A stretch of DNA of 64,000 nt, from the NCBI GenBank assembly GCA_965201145.1, contig CBDAVT010000001.1, positions 70,889 to 134,888 on the forward strand. Direction: 5' to 3'. Position 1 is the stretch's first letter. Each line of letters starts with the position of its first letter. The stretch comes from Dehalococcoidia bacterium (lineage in GTDB: Bacteria; Chloroflexota; Dehalococcoidia; Lucifugimonadales; UBA3495). Both the position numbers and the translations under genes were made by a program. Below the pieces are notes generated by a model. The model did no database searches. It was not told the origin of the DNA and saw only the letters and a program-made list of their open reading frames with translations. Shown here in pieces: positions 1 through 9,435 of this stretch.

Positions 1-126
1 GCTGTAGAAGATGGGGTTTTCGCCCATAACCTTATGGGAGCCTTCCAGTCCGGCATCAACCACGGCAGCACCCAGGTAATGCGGGACCAGATTGCCCGCC
101 GGGGCTTGGGGATGCCGCGAAGTTAA
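1..126 (+). CDS. acyl-CoA dehydrogenase family protein, C-terminal fragment (5' end outside window)
   Basis: Frame 1 is open from base 1 to TAA at 124-126. The tail ...GSTQVMRDQIARRGLGMPRS resembles the conserved ACAD C-terminal helix. A second ACAD paralogue follows. Confidence 0.55.
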   Translation, partial: AVEDGVFAHNLMGAFQSGINHGSTQVMRDQIARRGLGMPRS

Positions 127-199
127 GCTATCGCTCCGGAGGGTCTCTTTCCGGCAGACAAACCCTTCCGACTACCAACTCTGACTATCGGGGAAATTT

Positions 200-1375
200 A
201 TGGACGTACTGCCCAACGAAGAAGAACAAATGGTAAAGAACCTGGCCCGGGAGTTTCTGGAGGCAGAATGCCCGCCGCGCCTGGCCCGGGAAATGGAAAA
301 GGATGACCTGGGCTACCCACCGGAACTCTGGCAAAAGATGGCCGAGTTAGGTTGGCTGGGCATTTCCCTTCCCGAAGCCTATGGCGGTCAAGGGTTGCCA
401 ATGACTTACCTGGGAATCATTACCGAGGAGTTGGGACGGGCCATAGCTCCCGTTCCCTTTCATTCGACAATGGTTGCCGCTCTGACCATCGCCGAAGCCG
501 GCAGCGCAGAACAGAAGCAAACTCTGCTGCCCCGGGTCAGCAGCGGCAACCTGACTCTGACCTGGGCATTTTCGGAAGAAACCCCCCGCTTCCGTCCGGA
601 AACCATCCACTGCCAGGCCACGGTAGATAACGATGAACTGGAGCTGACCGGAACCAAAATGTTCGTGGACAACTTCAGCGCGGTCGAGAAGTGCCTGGTT
701 GTCTGCCGAACTGCCCCGGCGACGGAGCAAAGCTCCGGAATTTCCCTTCTGCTGGTGGACACCAATGCGCGGGGAGTTTCTCAAGTTCCCCTCACCACCC
801 TGGCCAAGGACAAACAGAGCAAGGTAACTTTTGACCGGGTTCGAGTGCCTAAAACCAATCTGGTAGGTGAAATCAACGAAGGTTGGCCCATAGTTCAGCG
901 AATGTTGGACCGGGGAACGGCCTTGCTGTGCGCTCAAATGGTGGGCGCGGCCCGCAAGGATGCGGAAATGGGCATTGAATACGCCAAGAATCGGGTAGCC
1001 TTTGGCCGGCCCATCGGCGGCTTCCAGTCTATCCAGCACATTTGCGCCGATATGATTCTGTGGGTTGACGGCGGCCAGCTGCTGACCTACGAGGCTTTGT
1101 GGAAGATGGACCAGGGGCTGCCGGCGTCGGTAGAGGTATCCCAGGCCAAAGCCTTTTGCAATGACAAGTGCGAAGCCGTAGTCCGGTCTTCCCAGGTGCT
1201 GCACGGCGGCATGGGGTTTATGATGGAGTTTGATCTCCACCTTTGGTATCGCCGGGTCACCGCCTGGAGTATGCGATTAGGCACCAGCTTTGAACACCGG
1301 GCCAGAATCGCCAAAGCCCTGCTGGACCAACCCGGCCAGGTCCGGTTGGGCATGAACCTGGAAGTTCCCGTTTAG
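200..1375 (+). CDS. acyl-CoA dehydrogenase family protein
   Basis: 391-aa ORF. The N-terminus (EEQxMVKNLAREFLE, ELGWLGISLPEAYGG) and C-terminus (GGMGFMMEFDLHLWYRR) are typical ACAD signatures. Confidence 0.9.
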   Translation: MDVLPNEEEQMVKNLAREFLEAECPPRLAREMEKDDLGYPPELWQKMAELGWLGISLPEAYGGQGLPMTYLGIITEELGRAIAPVPFHSTMVAALTIAEAGSAEQKQTLLPRVSSGNLTLTWAFSEETPRFRPETIHCQATVDNDELELTGTKMFVDNFSAVEKCLVVCRTAPATEQSSGISLLLVDTNARGVSQVPLTTLAKDKQSKVTFDRVRVPKTNLVGEINEGWPIVQRMLDRGTALLCAQMVGAARKDAEMGIEYAKNRVAFGRPIGGFQSIQHICADMILWVDGGQLLTYEALWKMDQGLPASVEVSQAKAFCNDKCEAVVRSSQVLHGGMGFMMEFDLHLWYRRVTAWSMRLGTSFEHRARIAKALLDQPGQVRLGMNLEVPV

Positions 1376-1430
1376 CCGAAACAAGACTCGGCCGGCCCAG
1401 CGACACCGTGAAATTAAGGAGCGAACAACT

Positions 1431-1631
1431 ATGGCAAAAGACCCGGTTTGCGGCAAGGAGATAGACGAGGCCGAAGCGCGGGCCCAGACAGGCCAGACTA
1501 TGCACGGCGCATCGGAAGTTGACCCCCAGCAGGGAACCCGCAGCTTTCACAACGGTCAATGGTACTATTTCTGCTGTATGGACTGCCGCACCAAGTTTCT
1601 GGCTACGCCGACAGCTTACCTGAACCAGTAA
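1431..1631 (+). CDS. YHS (TRASH-like) domain metal-binding protein
   Basis: 66-aa ORF beginning MAKDPVCGKEI and ending ...YYFCCMDCRTKF, a YHS-domain Cys pattern. GGAG lies upstream of the ATG. Confidence 0.75.
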   Translation: MAKDPVCGKEIDEAEARAQTGQTMHGASEVDPQQGTRSFHNGQWYYFCCMDCRTKFLATPTAYLNQ

Positions 1632-1779
1632 ATCCGGGATGCGCTGCGGGAAGTTTCCACCCGACCGCTAACCCACTTTGGCATTTCGGCTCTTCAAAGT
1701 TTCTTTACATTTTGAGGGTAGTCTCTGCCATTGGAAGCCTGAACAATTAGAGAGCTTTGCCGCGGGACGAGGTGGCAAT

Positions 1780-2880
1780 ATGTTTTTCCGCAGCTGGGCA
1801 GCAATGTTGGCGGTCATCGGGAGTTTAACGGCGATTAGCCTGACCGCCTGCGGCGGGTCAACTGCCGAGGAATCCAGCGCTCCGGGCGCCGTCGCGGCGG
1901 CGGCTTTAGCCGGTGAAATCCCGGAAGCGAGCTACGCCAGCGCCGCCGAAGCAGCCCTGGCATTTATAGATACTCTTTCCATCGAACAGCGCGAGCGAGT
2001 CATCTACGAACTTGACGTCCCGGTCCGAGCCAACTGGTCCAATCTGCCCGCCAGCATGGTGAACTTTGAACGCAACGGGGTCCGCATCGGCGACCTGGAC
2101 ACGCAGCAGCGGCGGGCAATGCACGACTTTCTGGCAACCGCCCTCAGCCCGGCCGGGTTTGCCACCGTTTTGGGCATTGCCGGGGCCGATGGTGAAGCAG
2201 GAAGCTCGTTACTTGACCGAATGAATTTCCTGAGTTGGAGCGAAGCGGATTTTTGGCTGGCCTTCTTCGGCGAGCCTGCGGAGACCGCTCCCTGGGGGTG
2301 GCAGTTCGGCGGGCATCACCTGGCGGTGAACGTAACCTTCGCCGGAGGGAGCAGTTATATGTCCCCCACATTTCTCGGGATCGAACCGGCCAGTTATAGC
2401 AACTCCGGCGCCACTATTGAGCCCCTGTCCCCGCACACCGGGGCCGGCTTGGCTTTAGTACGCTCCCTTAGTGTAGAATTGCGGGAAGCCGCCACTGTCG
2501 CCGAGCGTCCCGGGGAGACCTATACCGGGGCCGGCAAAGACGGGGTAATCCCCAAAACGGAAGGCTCAAGAGTTGCCGACTGGCCTCCGGAGCGGCAAGC
2601 CAAACTACTGGAGCTGGTCAGTCTCTGGCCCGGTCTGCTGCCGGAACCAGACGCAAAAGCGCGACTTGCGGAAATCGAAGCAGACTTAAACGACCTCTAT
2701 TTTGCCTGGCACGGCCCGACGGACGGCGCCGGAGCAATATACTACCGGATTCAGGGGCCTTCCCTGATAATTGAATTTTCTACCCAGGGCGACCTGGACC
2801 CGCAAGGTGGACACTATCATTCAGTTTACCGCGACCCAACTAACGAGTACGGAAGACGAGTGGTCGCATCCGGTTTCTAA
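1780..2880 (+). CDS. DUF3500 family lipoprotein
   Basis: The ORF is 1678..2880. I place the start at the internal ATG 1780, which gives a signal peptide with lipobox (LTAISLTAC). The WGWQFGGHHLAVNVTF motif matches what I recall of DUF3500. Confidence 0.7.
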   Translation: MFFRSWAAMLAVIGSLTAISLTACGGSTAEESSAPGAVAAAALAGEIPEASYASAAEAALAFIDTLSIEQRERVIYELDVPVRANWSNLPASMVNFERNGVRIGDLDTQQRRAMHDFLATALSPAGFATVLGIAGADGEAGSSLLDRMNFLSWSEADFWLAFFGEPAETAPWGWQFGGHHLAVNVTFAGGSSYMSPTFLGIEPASYSNSGATIEPLSPHTGAGLALVRSLSVELREAATVAERPGETYTGAGKDGVIPKTEGSRVADWPPERQAKLLELVSLWPGLLPEPDAKARLAEIEADLNDLYFAWHGPTDGAGAIYYRIQGPSLIIEFSTQGDLDPQGGHYHSVYRDPTNEYGRRVVASGF

Positions 2881-2906
2881 AGTCAAAGAGAAGTGAGGCG
2901 CTGAAA

Positions 2907-3998
2907 ATGCACGTCGGACTAGTTATGGAATGTGACTATCGTATGGGAGTAACTCAGGAAGAGGCCTTTAACGAAGCCTTTGCAATGGCCGAGACCGCCG
3001 ACGAATACGGGTTGGACGGAATCTGGCTGGCCGAACGCCATTTCGCGGCGCCCCGCCGGCCCGGCGACCCTATGGGCGCCGGCATCCCGTCGGTAGTTTC
3101 GGTGCCGCTGGTCATGGCCAGCGCCATCGCCGGCCGCACCAAACAGGTTCGCATTGGCACCGGAGTCAGCGTACTGCCCCTGTGCCACCCGGTAAGGTTG
3201 GCTGAGGAAGCCGCCACCGTGGACCAGGTTAGCCGGGGAAGGCTGGAATTCGGAGTGGGCCGCAGCGGATTCCCACGCTCTTATGACGGCTACGGAATAC
3301 CTTACGGCGAGAGTCGAGGCCGGTTTCAGGAAACCCTGGACGTGATTTTGAAGGCATGGGCGGAAGACCGATTTTCCCACGAAGGCGAGTTTTTCCAGTT
3401 CAATGACCTTTGCGTCCTGCCCAAGCCCTACCAGAAGCCGCATCCGCCGATCCGCATCGCGGCGACCACCCGGGATACCTTCCCGGCAGTGGGCCGCAGC
3501 GGGCACAACGTAATCTCCGGCCTGCGGGGTTTCGATGTGAACGAAGTCGAAGAGCATATGCAGATATACCACGAAGGCCGGGCCGAGGCGGGACACGAAG
3601 GCAAGGGTGAAATTTTCCTCCGGGTCCCCATCTACGTAGCCGAAACCGACGCCCAGGGCATCGCCGACCCCGAAGAAAGTACGATGCGGTCCTACCGCCG
3701 CCTCGGCGGGCTGTTCGGGGCATCCGCCAGCGCCTCGGGTACCACCATCTCCGAAGAACGCCGGGAGCGGTCGGAACGATTAGCCAACGTCACCTATGCC
3801 GACCTGCTGCAAGACCGGCTGGCCTACGGCAGCCCGGATACCGTCGTTGAAAAGCTGGTTCAGCTAAAGGAACGAATCGGCCTGGACGGGATAATTATGG
3901 AGCCGAATGTGGGCGGCGGCCTGACCGTGGCGCAGGTATTGAATTCGGTGCGGCTGTACGCTCAGGAGGTTGCGCCCCGGCTTCGCCAAGCCGCCTGA
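2907..3998 (+). CDS. LLM-class (luciferase-like) flavin-dependent oxidoreductase
   Basis: 363-aa ORF with YGLDGIWLAERHF and a GRLEFGVGRSG-type pattern typical of luciferase-like monooxygenases. Confidence 0.85.
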   Translation: MHVGLVMECDYRMGVTQEEAFNEAFAMAETADEYGLDGIWLAERHFAAPRRPGDPMGAGIPSVVSVPLVMASAIAGRTKQVRIGTGVSVLPLCHPVRLAEEAATVDQVSRGRLEFGVGRSGFPRSYDGYGIPYGESRGRFQETLDVILKAWAEDRFSHEGEFFQFNDLCVLPKPYQKPHPPIRIAATTRDTFPAVGRSGHNVISGLRGFDVNEVEEHMQIYHEGRAEAGHEGKGEIFLRVPIYVAETDAQGIADPEESTMRSYRRLGGLFGASASASGTTISEERRERSERLANVTYADLLQDRLAYGSPDTVVEKLVQLKERIGLDGIIMEPNVGGGLTVAQVLNSVRLYAQEVAPRLRQAA

Positions 3999-4115
3999 GG
4001 CCAGACCTTCAGAGCATCGAGGCTGGGCAAGGCAATATAGGGCTGGCGCAAAATTCCGGCCCACTGCTTGCCCGGATTCGGGCTTCTAACTATAATTGAT
4101 AACCAGGTTGCTTTG

Positions 4116-4970
4116 CTATTCCAGGCCCGCGAAAAAGTCGGGGGAGACGGATTCTCCGGCCCGTACCGGCGGCCAGGCGCGGATATAGTACTCCCGACCC
4201 AGGATTTGGTTGGCGGCTTCCCGGGGCACCCGGTCGTAGGGCCAATCGGGAGCCACCTGGGTCCGGTGGCTGAGGATACAACCCATCTTTAGCTCCATTT
4301 GCTCGGAGACGTCCATTTCCAGGTTAATATCTTCCGGGGGAGCGCCGTCGTTGGCCCGGTTCGGGTCGGGCAGGGGAAAGTCAATGCCGTAAGCCCGCAA
4401 GGTCTGCGCCCATTCCAGCCGGAAACCCCGGGGACGGGCGCTGTAAAAGAGCCGTTGGGCCGTGTGCGGTTCCACTCCGTTTATCAAGTGCTGTGGGTAA
4501 GCCGCCGAGTTTGACGCCCGGTGGAAGGCTTCGGTGGCATGGCGGTAAATGGCGATGTGGTCCGGGTGGCCGTAGAGTCCGGCGGGGTCAAAAGTGAGCA
4601 CTACTTGGGGTCGGAACCGCCGAATCTCCTCCACCAGCCGCTCAATCACCACCTCGGCCGGCGCATTGACAAAGGCTTGTGGGTGTTCATTGGGCGGCGT
4701 ACCGGCCATCCCGGAGTCCCGGTAATGCAGGACGATATGATCGGACAGGCCCAGAATGCGTACCGCCCGCGCCAGCTCGACTCGTCTTACCGAGCCCAGC
4801 GTTTCCCGGGTAGCCGCGCCCTCCTGTCGAATTTCTCCCTCTTCTCCCAGGGTGGCGGTTATCAATCGAATCTGTACGCCACGGGCAGCGTGGGCCGCCA
4901 GCGCGCCGCCGACCGGGAAAGCCTCGTCATCGGGATGGGCAAAACAAACCAGAAGTCGCTGACCGGACAT
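4116..4970 (-). CDS. PIG-L/LmbE family N-acetylglucosaminyl deacetylase
   Basis: 284-aa ORF with the AHPDDE motif (LLVCFAHPDDEAF) and GHPDH zinc-binding motif. Confidence 0.85.
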   Translation of the reverse strand: MSGQRLLVCFAHPDDEAFPVGGALAAHAARGVQIRLITATLGEEGEIRQEGAATRETLGSVRRVELARAVRILGLSDHIVLHYRDSGMAGTPPNEHPQAFVNAPAEVVIERLVEEIRRFRPQVVLTFDPAGLYGHPDHIAIYRHATEAFHRASNSAAYPQHLINGVEPHTAQRLFYSARPRGFRLEWAQTLRAYGIDFPLPDPNRANDGAPPEDINLEMDVSEQMELKMGCILSHRTQVAPDWPYDRVPREAANQILGREYYIRAWPPVRAGESVSPDFFAGLE

Positions 4971-5220
4971 AGCAAGATTACCTCATTGAGTTGGAATGGG
5001 CGGCCAATTTAATGCCGGAACGGGAGCAGTCTATCAAAAACCTGCACCGGGAACAAAGGCGCGACATTTGCCGGCATTCCCGCCTACCGGCAACGGCACG
5101 GAGCTGCCCCGATGTACCTGCCGATTTGAGCAGAAATCCCGGCAGCATCCCCTGACGGATCTGCCGGACGCCAACTGATGACCTGCCTTCGATGTCAATA
5201 ATACGCGATTTGGAGCAGGG

Positions 5221-6477
5221 ATGATGCGTAAATCGATGGAAGACCGACTTTGGGCCCTGGCGCAGGAACGAGGGATGGACCGCCGCCGTTTTCTGGGTCT
5301 GCTGTTGGCCGGCGGCGCGGCGGCAGTTCTGGCGGCGTGCGGCGCTGACTCGCCCGGCAGCGACAGCCCGACTACCGCCACAACTTCACCTGCCGGGGAT
5401 ACCTCGCCCGCGGCGACAGCCGGCTGGTTCAAGGACCCGTCTCCTTTTATCGAGCACCCCGGCGGCAAGAGTCTCGAAGCGCGCCTGGAGAATATGCCGG
5501 GACTGATTACCTCGGACCGCTTCTTCTTTGTGCGGAACAATTCGGTCAGTGTTGCTGTGGATGTGGCCGATTGGCGGCTCTCCATAGAAGGAGATGCAGT
5601 CGCCAACCCGCTGACGCTTTCCTACGCTGCCATCCGGGAACTGCCCCGGCGCACACTGGTCGCCTACCTGGAGTGCGCCGGCAACCACCGGGGCATGTTT
5701 GACCGGGTGCTGGGTCAGGCGGCGGACGGCACCCAGTGGGGAACCGGCGGAATCAGCAACGGCGAGTGGAGCGGCGTCTCGCTGCGGGAAGTTCTGGAAT
5801 TGGCCGGCATTCGTTCCGAAGCGGTCAGTGTCCTGTTGATTGGTATGGACGTCGGCTCTCCCGAGGAAGGCTTCCGGCGCGTCCTTCCCGTTGACCGGGC
5901 CATGCACCCGGACACCCTTCTGGCCTACTCTCTCAACGGCGAAGCCCTGCCCCGGGACCACGGCTTTCCCTTGCGCGCGCTGGTTCCCGGCTGGGTAGGT
6001 TCTTCCAGCATTAAGTGGCTGAACCGAATCCTGGTCTCCTCGGAGCAGATCTGGACGCGCAACAACACAACCTCCTATACCCTGATTGGCGACGCCTACC
6101 CGCCGGAAGGCGAATCTATGGGCCGTCCGGTCACCCGTCAAACCATCAAGAGCGCGCTGGCGCTGCCCTGGCCGGCGCAGCTGGAAGCGGGTTCCCAGCG
6201 CATCCACGGCTACGCCCAGTCCCCGGACGGGCCAATCACCCGGGTAGAGTGGAGCGACGATTCGGGCAATACCTGGCACGACGCGACGGTGCTGGAGCCG
6301 CAAGTTCAGTATTCCTGGGCCCGCTTCGAGTTCGTCTGGGAAGCAGCCGCGGGCGAACATACGATAATGACCCGCGCCACCGACCGCGCCGGCGAGACTC
6401 ATCCCGACTCAATCCCCTTTAACGCCAAGGGGTATCTCTTCAACCAGCCGGCCCCCCATCCCATACAGGTACTTTAA
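5221..6477 (+). CDS. Tat-exported sulfite-oxidase-like molybdopterin oxidoreductase
   Basis: 418-aa ORF. It has a twin-arginine signal (MDRRRFLGLLLAGG...AAC), a Mo-pterin binding core (ECAGNHRG) and a C-terminal dimerisation-like domain. Confidence 0.85.
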   Translation: MMRKSMEDRLWALAQERGMDRRRFLGLLLAGGAAAVLAACGADSPGSDSPTTATTSPAGDTSPAATAGWFKDPSPFIEHPGGKSLEARLENMPGLITSDRFFFVRNNSVSVAVDVADWRLSIEGDAVANPLTLSYAAIRELPRRTLVAYLECAGNHRGMFDRVLGQAADGTQWGTGGISNGEWSGVSLREVLELAGIRSEAVSVLLIGMDVGSPEEGFRRVLPVDRAMHPDTLLAYSLNGEALPRDHGFPLRALVPGWVGSSSIKWLNRILVSSEQIWTRNNTTSYTLIGDAYPPEGESMGRPVTRQTIKSALALPWPAQLEAGSQRIHGYAQSPDGPITRVEWSDDSGNTWHDATVLEPQVQYSWARFEFVWEAAAGEHTIMTRATDRAGETHPDSIPFNAKGYLFNQPAPHPIQVL

Positions 6478-6494
6478 GGAAACCCTGATCATCC

Positions 6495-6529
6495 CCCCTC
6501 TCCTTGTGGGAGAGGGGCCGGGGTGAGGG
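6495..6529 (+). repeat. REP-like palindromic element (CCCCTCTCC-N5-GGAGAGGGG-CCGGGGTGAGGG)
   Basis: Hairpin followed by a G-rich tail, 3' of the Mo-oxidoreductase gene. Same family as the copies at 9045-9346 and 50406-50678. Confidence 0.8.
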
Positions 6530-6686
6530 TGTGTGTGAGACCGGGGGTAAGGGCAAATCGATAAATTTGGTCAAAAAATGACAGCAGACACTCTTTGGCC
6601 CGCTACTCAATTACGGCTATAGTTTAGAAAAATACCGGAAGGCCACTGGCTGCCGGGCAGACAAATTTACATCGCGAGGATCTGTC

Positions 6687-8884
6687 ATGGAAAAGTTTCC
6701 CAAATTCACCAACTTGTGGCCCCGGCTGCTGGGCATCGGGGTCCTGGCTTTAGCCCTGCTGCTCTTTTCTACTGTTGCGGTGGCAAACGTCACCCTGGCT
6801 CAGGACGGGGGCGGAACGCAGGAAGAAGAGGAGGCGCCCACCTGTCCGGTGGAGGGAGGCAGCCTGGAATGTGACCGGCAAGCCCTCATCGCCTTTTATA
6901 ATGCGACCGACGGCGATAATTGATGCAACAACGAAGGGTGGAAGGACGATGAAGGCAACTTCAACCCAATCGACAAGTGGCACTGGAATACCGTTTCTTT
7001 CAACAGTCGCGACCGGGTTGACTGGATCAACATGGCGAATGGTCAAGGCTGTGATTCCAAGACCGGGAACAACCTGAACGGTACCCTGATCGACGAGTTA
7101 GGCTGGCTGAATAACGTAAAAACTTTCCACGTTTACGGCAACCCGAAGCTGACCGGCTCGCTCCCGGTAGGAATGAGCAGCATGGGCGCCATGGGGAATA
7201 TGTCTCTGCAGCATAACGGTCTCAGCGGCAGCATTCCCGAGAAATGGAGTGATATGCAGTGGTTGCATGAAATCGAACTCTTTAATATGGGATTGACCGG
7301 CGCTTGGCCCTCGGAATGGGACGATCTGCATCAATTGTGGGTACTCAAAGTTCACGGGAATCAATTGACCGGCAACCCCTTCAGCGAAGACCACGTGATG
7401 GATAATCTGTTTCTAGTGCAGGTCCATGCCAACAAATTCAGCGGCGAGATGCCCAATTGGCTGGGCAAGAAAGCTGCCAACGGCGAACTTTATATGCTTC
7501 ACTGGTACAGCAATGACGGCTTGTGCGCGCCCGATAACACCGACTAGCGCACCGCCCTGCTTCAACCGAAGTGGAAGATAAACGGCCCGATGTGCCCGCT
7601 GCCGGGTGTCGCCCAATCCGGCACCTCCAAGCCATCGGAAACCAAGACGGTTACCACCAAATGGCCCGACGAGACGGCTTTGGAGGTCGTTCTTTCCGTG
7701 TCCACGGACAAGAAGCCTACTTATGACCACGCCGACACCCAGACTAAAAATCCCGGCGTTACTATTACCGCGGCGCCGGAGCTTTCCGACATCGGCAAAT
7801 ATGGCGGAACCCGCACCCTCACCTTTTCCCGCACCGGACACAAGGACATCAAGGTTCACTGGCGCACCTCGGGAGAGTACGACACCACTGACAAGTACGG
7901 AATTTCCATTTCCATCGAAGACTTGAACCTTGCGCCGGATCCGACGCCGACGCCCACGGGTACGCCCACGCCGACAGCTACGGCCACACCGACGCCGACG
8001 GATACGCCAACGGCTACGGCTACTGCTACGCCGGCCCCGACAGACACCCCAACGCCGGCCCCAACGGATACACCCACGCCTACGGCGACCTCAACGCCGG
8101 CCCCAACGGATACGCCCACTCCCACCTCGGCGCCGAATAATCCGGCGGAGTTGATTAGCCCCTTCAGCGACATCGAGTTGTATCATGGCGCTACCAGCGA
8201 CCTGGATATGACCAGCCACTTCAGCGGCGACGGTCTGTCCTACGAAGTGATGGTTACTACCACCCACCAGGGTACCGGCGCGGTGAAGACGGGACTGCTG
8301 AACCAGGTGGCCGTCACAAGGTCACCGGTACCTGGAGCGGAAGCGTCCTGACCCTGCTCGGGGGCCCGGCGGCGCTGCAGGAGTTGACCCTGAAAATCAC
8401 CGCCACCGACCAGAACGGCGGCTCCGCCAGCGACTCCTTTACCCTGGCCCTGGTTGCCGAGCCAACGCCTACCCCGGCGCCGACGTCCACGCCACCGCCG
8501 ACAAGCACACCGACGTCCACACCGCCGCCAACGAGCACACCGACGTCCACTCCGAGTAACCCGGTAAACTTGATTAAGGCTTTCGAAGACATCGAGCTGT
8601 CCGAGGATGACACTAGCCAACTGGATATGACCGACCACTTCAGCGGCAGCTCCCTGACCTATGAGGTGATGGTGACCACGACGCACCAGCGTACCGGGGA
8701 GGTAAGGAGCGGCCTCATCAACACGGTGGCCCGGAACAAGGTCTCCGGCAGTTGGAGCGGCCAGGTTCTGACCCTGACCGGCGGCCCGGCCGTATCCCAG
8801 AATTTGACCATCAAGATAACCGCATCCAACGCTAATGGAAACTCGGCCAGCGACGAGTTCACTATGGCCCTGGACAACGACTAA
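6687..8884 (+). pseudogene. secreted LRR / PT-linker / tandem Ig(cadherin)-like-domain surface protein, disrupted
   Basis: One frame runs 6687-8351 with in-frame TGA (6921-6923) and TAG (7545-7547). A 1-nt loss in a C-run near 8311 shifts into the frame ending at 8884. It has a signal peptide, LRRs (NxLxGxxP), Pro/Thr linkers and two ~105-aa C-terminal domains. Confidence 0.75.
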
Positions 8885-8940
8885 CCGCGCCGAAGCGACT
8901 GCCCCCGGCGGCGCTAAACCGGAAGCCAGCATAGCCAGAA

Positions 8941-8973
8941 GGGTCTATCCCCGGATGTTCCGGGGATAGACCC
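8941..8973 (+). terminator. perfect 14-bp-stem hairpin 3' of the disrupted surface-protein gene
   Basis: GGGTCTATCCCCGG-ATGTT-CCGGGGATAGACCC followed by TTTCC. It may act as a terminator or belong to the local repeat array. Confidence 0.45.
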
Positions 8974-9044
8974 TTTCCATTTGTCAGCACCTTGGTTGGA
9001 ACTGGCGGGACCCGGGCGGCCAGACGGCCCAACCATTCCGGCAT

Positions 9045-9346
9045 CCCTCCTTCTCTCTCAGGGAGAGGGGCCGAGGGTGAGGGCTGTACTGGGGATAGAC
9101 CCTTCTACTTGTCAGCACCTTCCTTCGCAAGGTAGGAAACTGGCGGCCAGCACCCCAACCATCCCAACATCCCCCCGCTCCCCCAGGGAGAGGGGCCGGG
9201 GGTGAGGGCCAGCGGGCGACTCAACAACCATCCCAATACCTCCCCGCTCCCCCAGGGAGAGGGGCCGGGGGTGAGGGCCAGCGGGCGACTCAACAACCAT
9301 CCCAATACCTCCCCGCTCCCCCAGGGAGAGGGGCCGGGGGTGAGGG
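9045..9346 (+). repeat. array of four REP-like elements, including a 69-bp tandem repeat
   Basis: Cores end at 9083, 9208, 9277 and 9346. The 69-bp unit CCAGCGGGCGACTCAACAACCATCCCAATACC...GGTGAGGG is repeated from about 9209. The array lies between convergent genes. Confidence 0.85.
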
Positions 9347-9367
9347 CCAGCGGCCGGGCAAAAAAAT

Positions 9368-9402
9368 ACAGTCCCGCCGGGTAAGTAACCCGGCGGGACT
9401 GT
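9368..9402 (-). terminator. rho-independent terminator of the FN3 surface-protein gene
   Basis: 14-bp perfect stem (ACAGTCCCGCCGGG / CCCGGCGGGACTGT) with a 7-nt loop. A T-run follows on the minus strand (A7 at 9360-9366 on plus). Confidence 0.7.
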
Positions 9403-9435
9403 CGCATTGCCGACCTTCTCTCGATTCCCCTTGCG

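Noticed and set aside
6921-7547. Alternative genetic code or programmed recoding (TGA as Trp or Sec, TAG read-through or Pyl) to explain the in-frame stops at 6921, 7545 and 20818.
   Set aside because: TAG, TGA and TAA all serve as ordinary terminators of well-supported genes in this window. Examples are TAG for the ACAD at 1375 and PIG-L at 4116, TGA for the LLM gene, and TAA for the YHS gene. No SECIS-like hairpin follows 6923. The same genes also carry frameshifts, so simple nonsense mutations or errors are more likely.
7590-8351. Treating 7590..8351 as an independent gene starting at MCPLPGV.
   Set aside because: It lacks a signal peptide and RBS. It is in the same frame as the upstream LRR ORF, and the residues spanning the TAG (LCAPDNTD*RTALLQPKWKINGPMCP) look like the usual LRR C-cap region. 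It is therefore a continuation of one disrupted gene.
9171-9346. Regularly spaced 69-bp repeats that a CRISPR finder might call an array.
   Set aside because: The inter-core sequences are identical to each other, so there are no unique spacers. This is a tandem duplication, not a CRISPR array.
9105-9407. ORFs 9105..9407-, 9112..9300-, 9202..9384+ and 50409..50597- (peptides such as SPLPQGEGPGVRA / PLSLGERGRG).
   Set aside because: They are translations of REP-like tandem repeats. They are open only because the 69-bp unit is divisible by 3.
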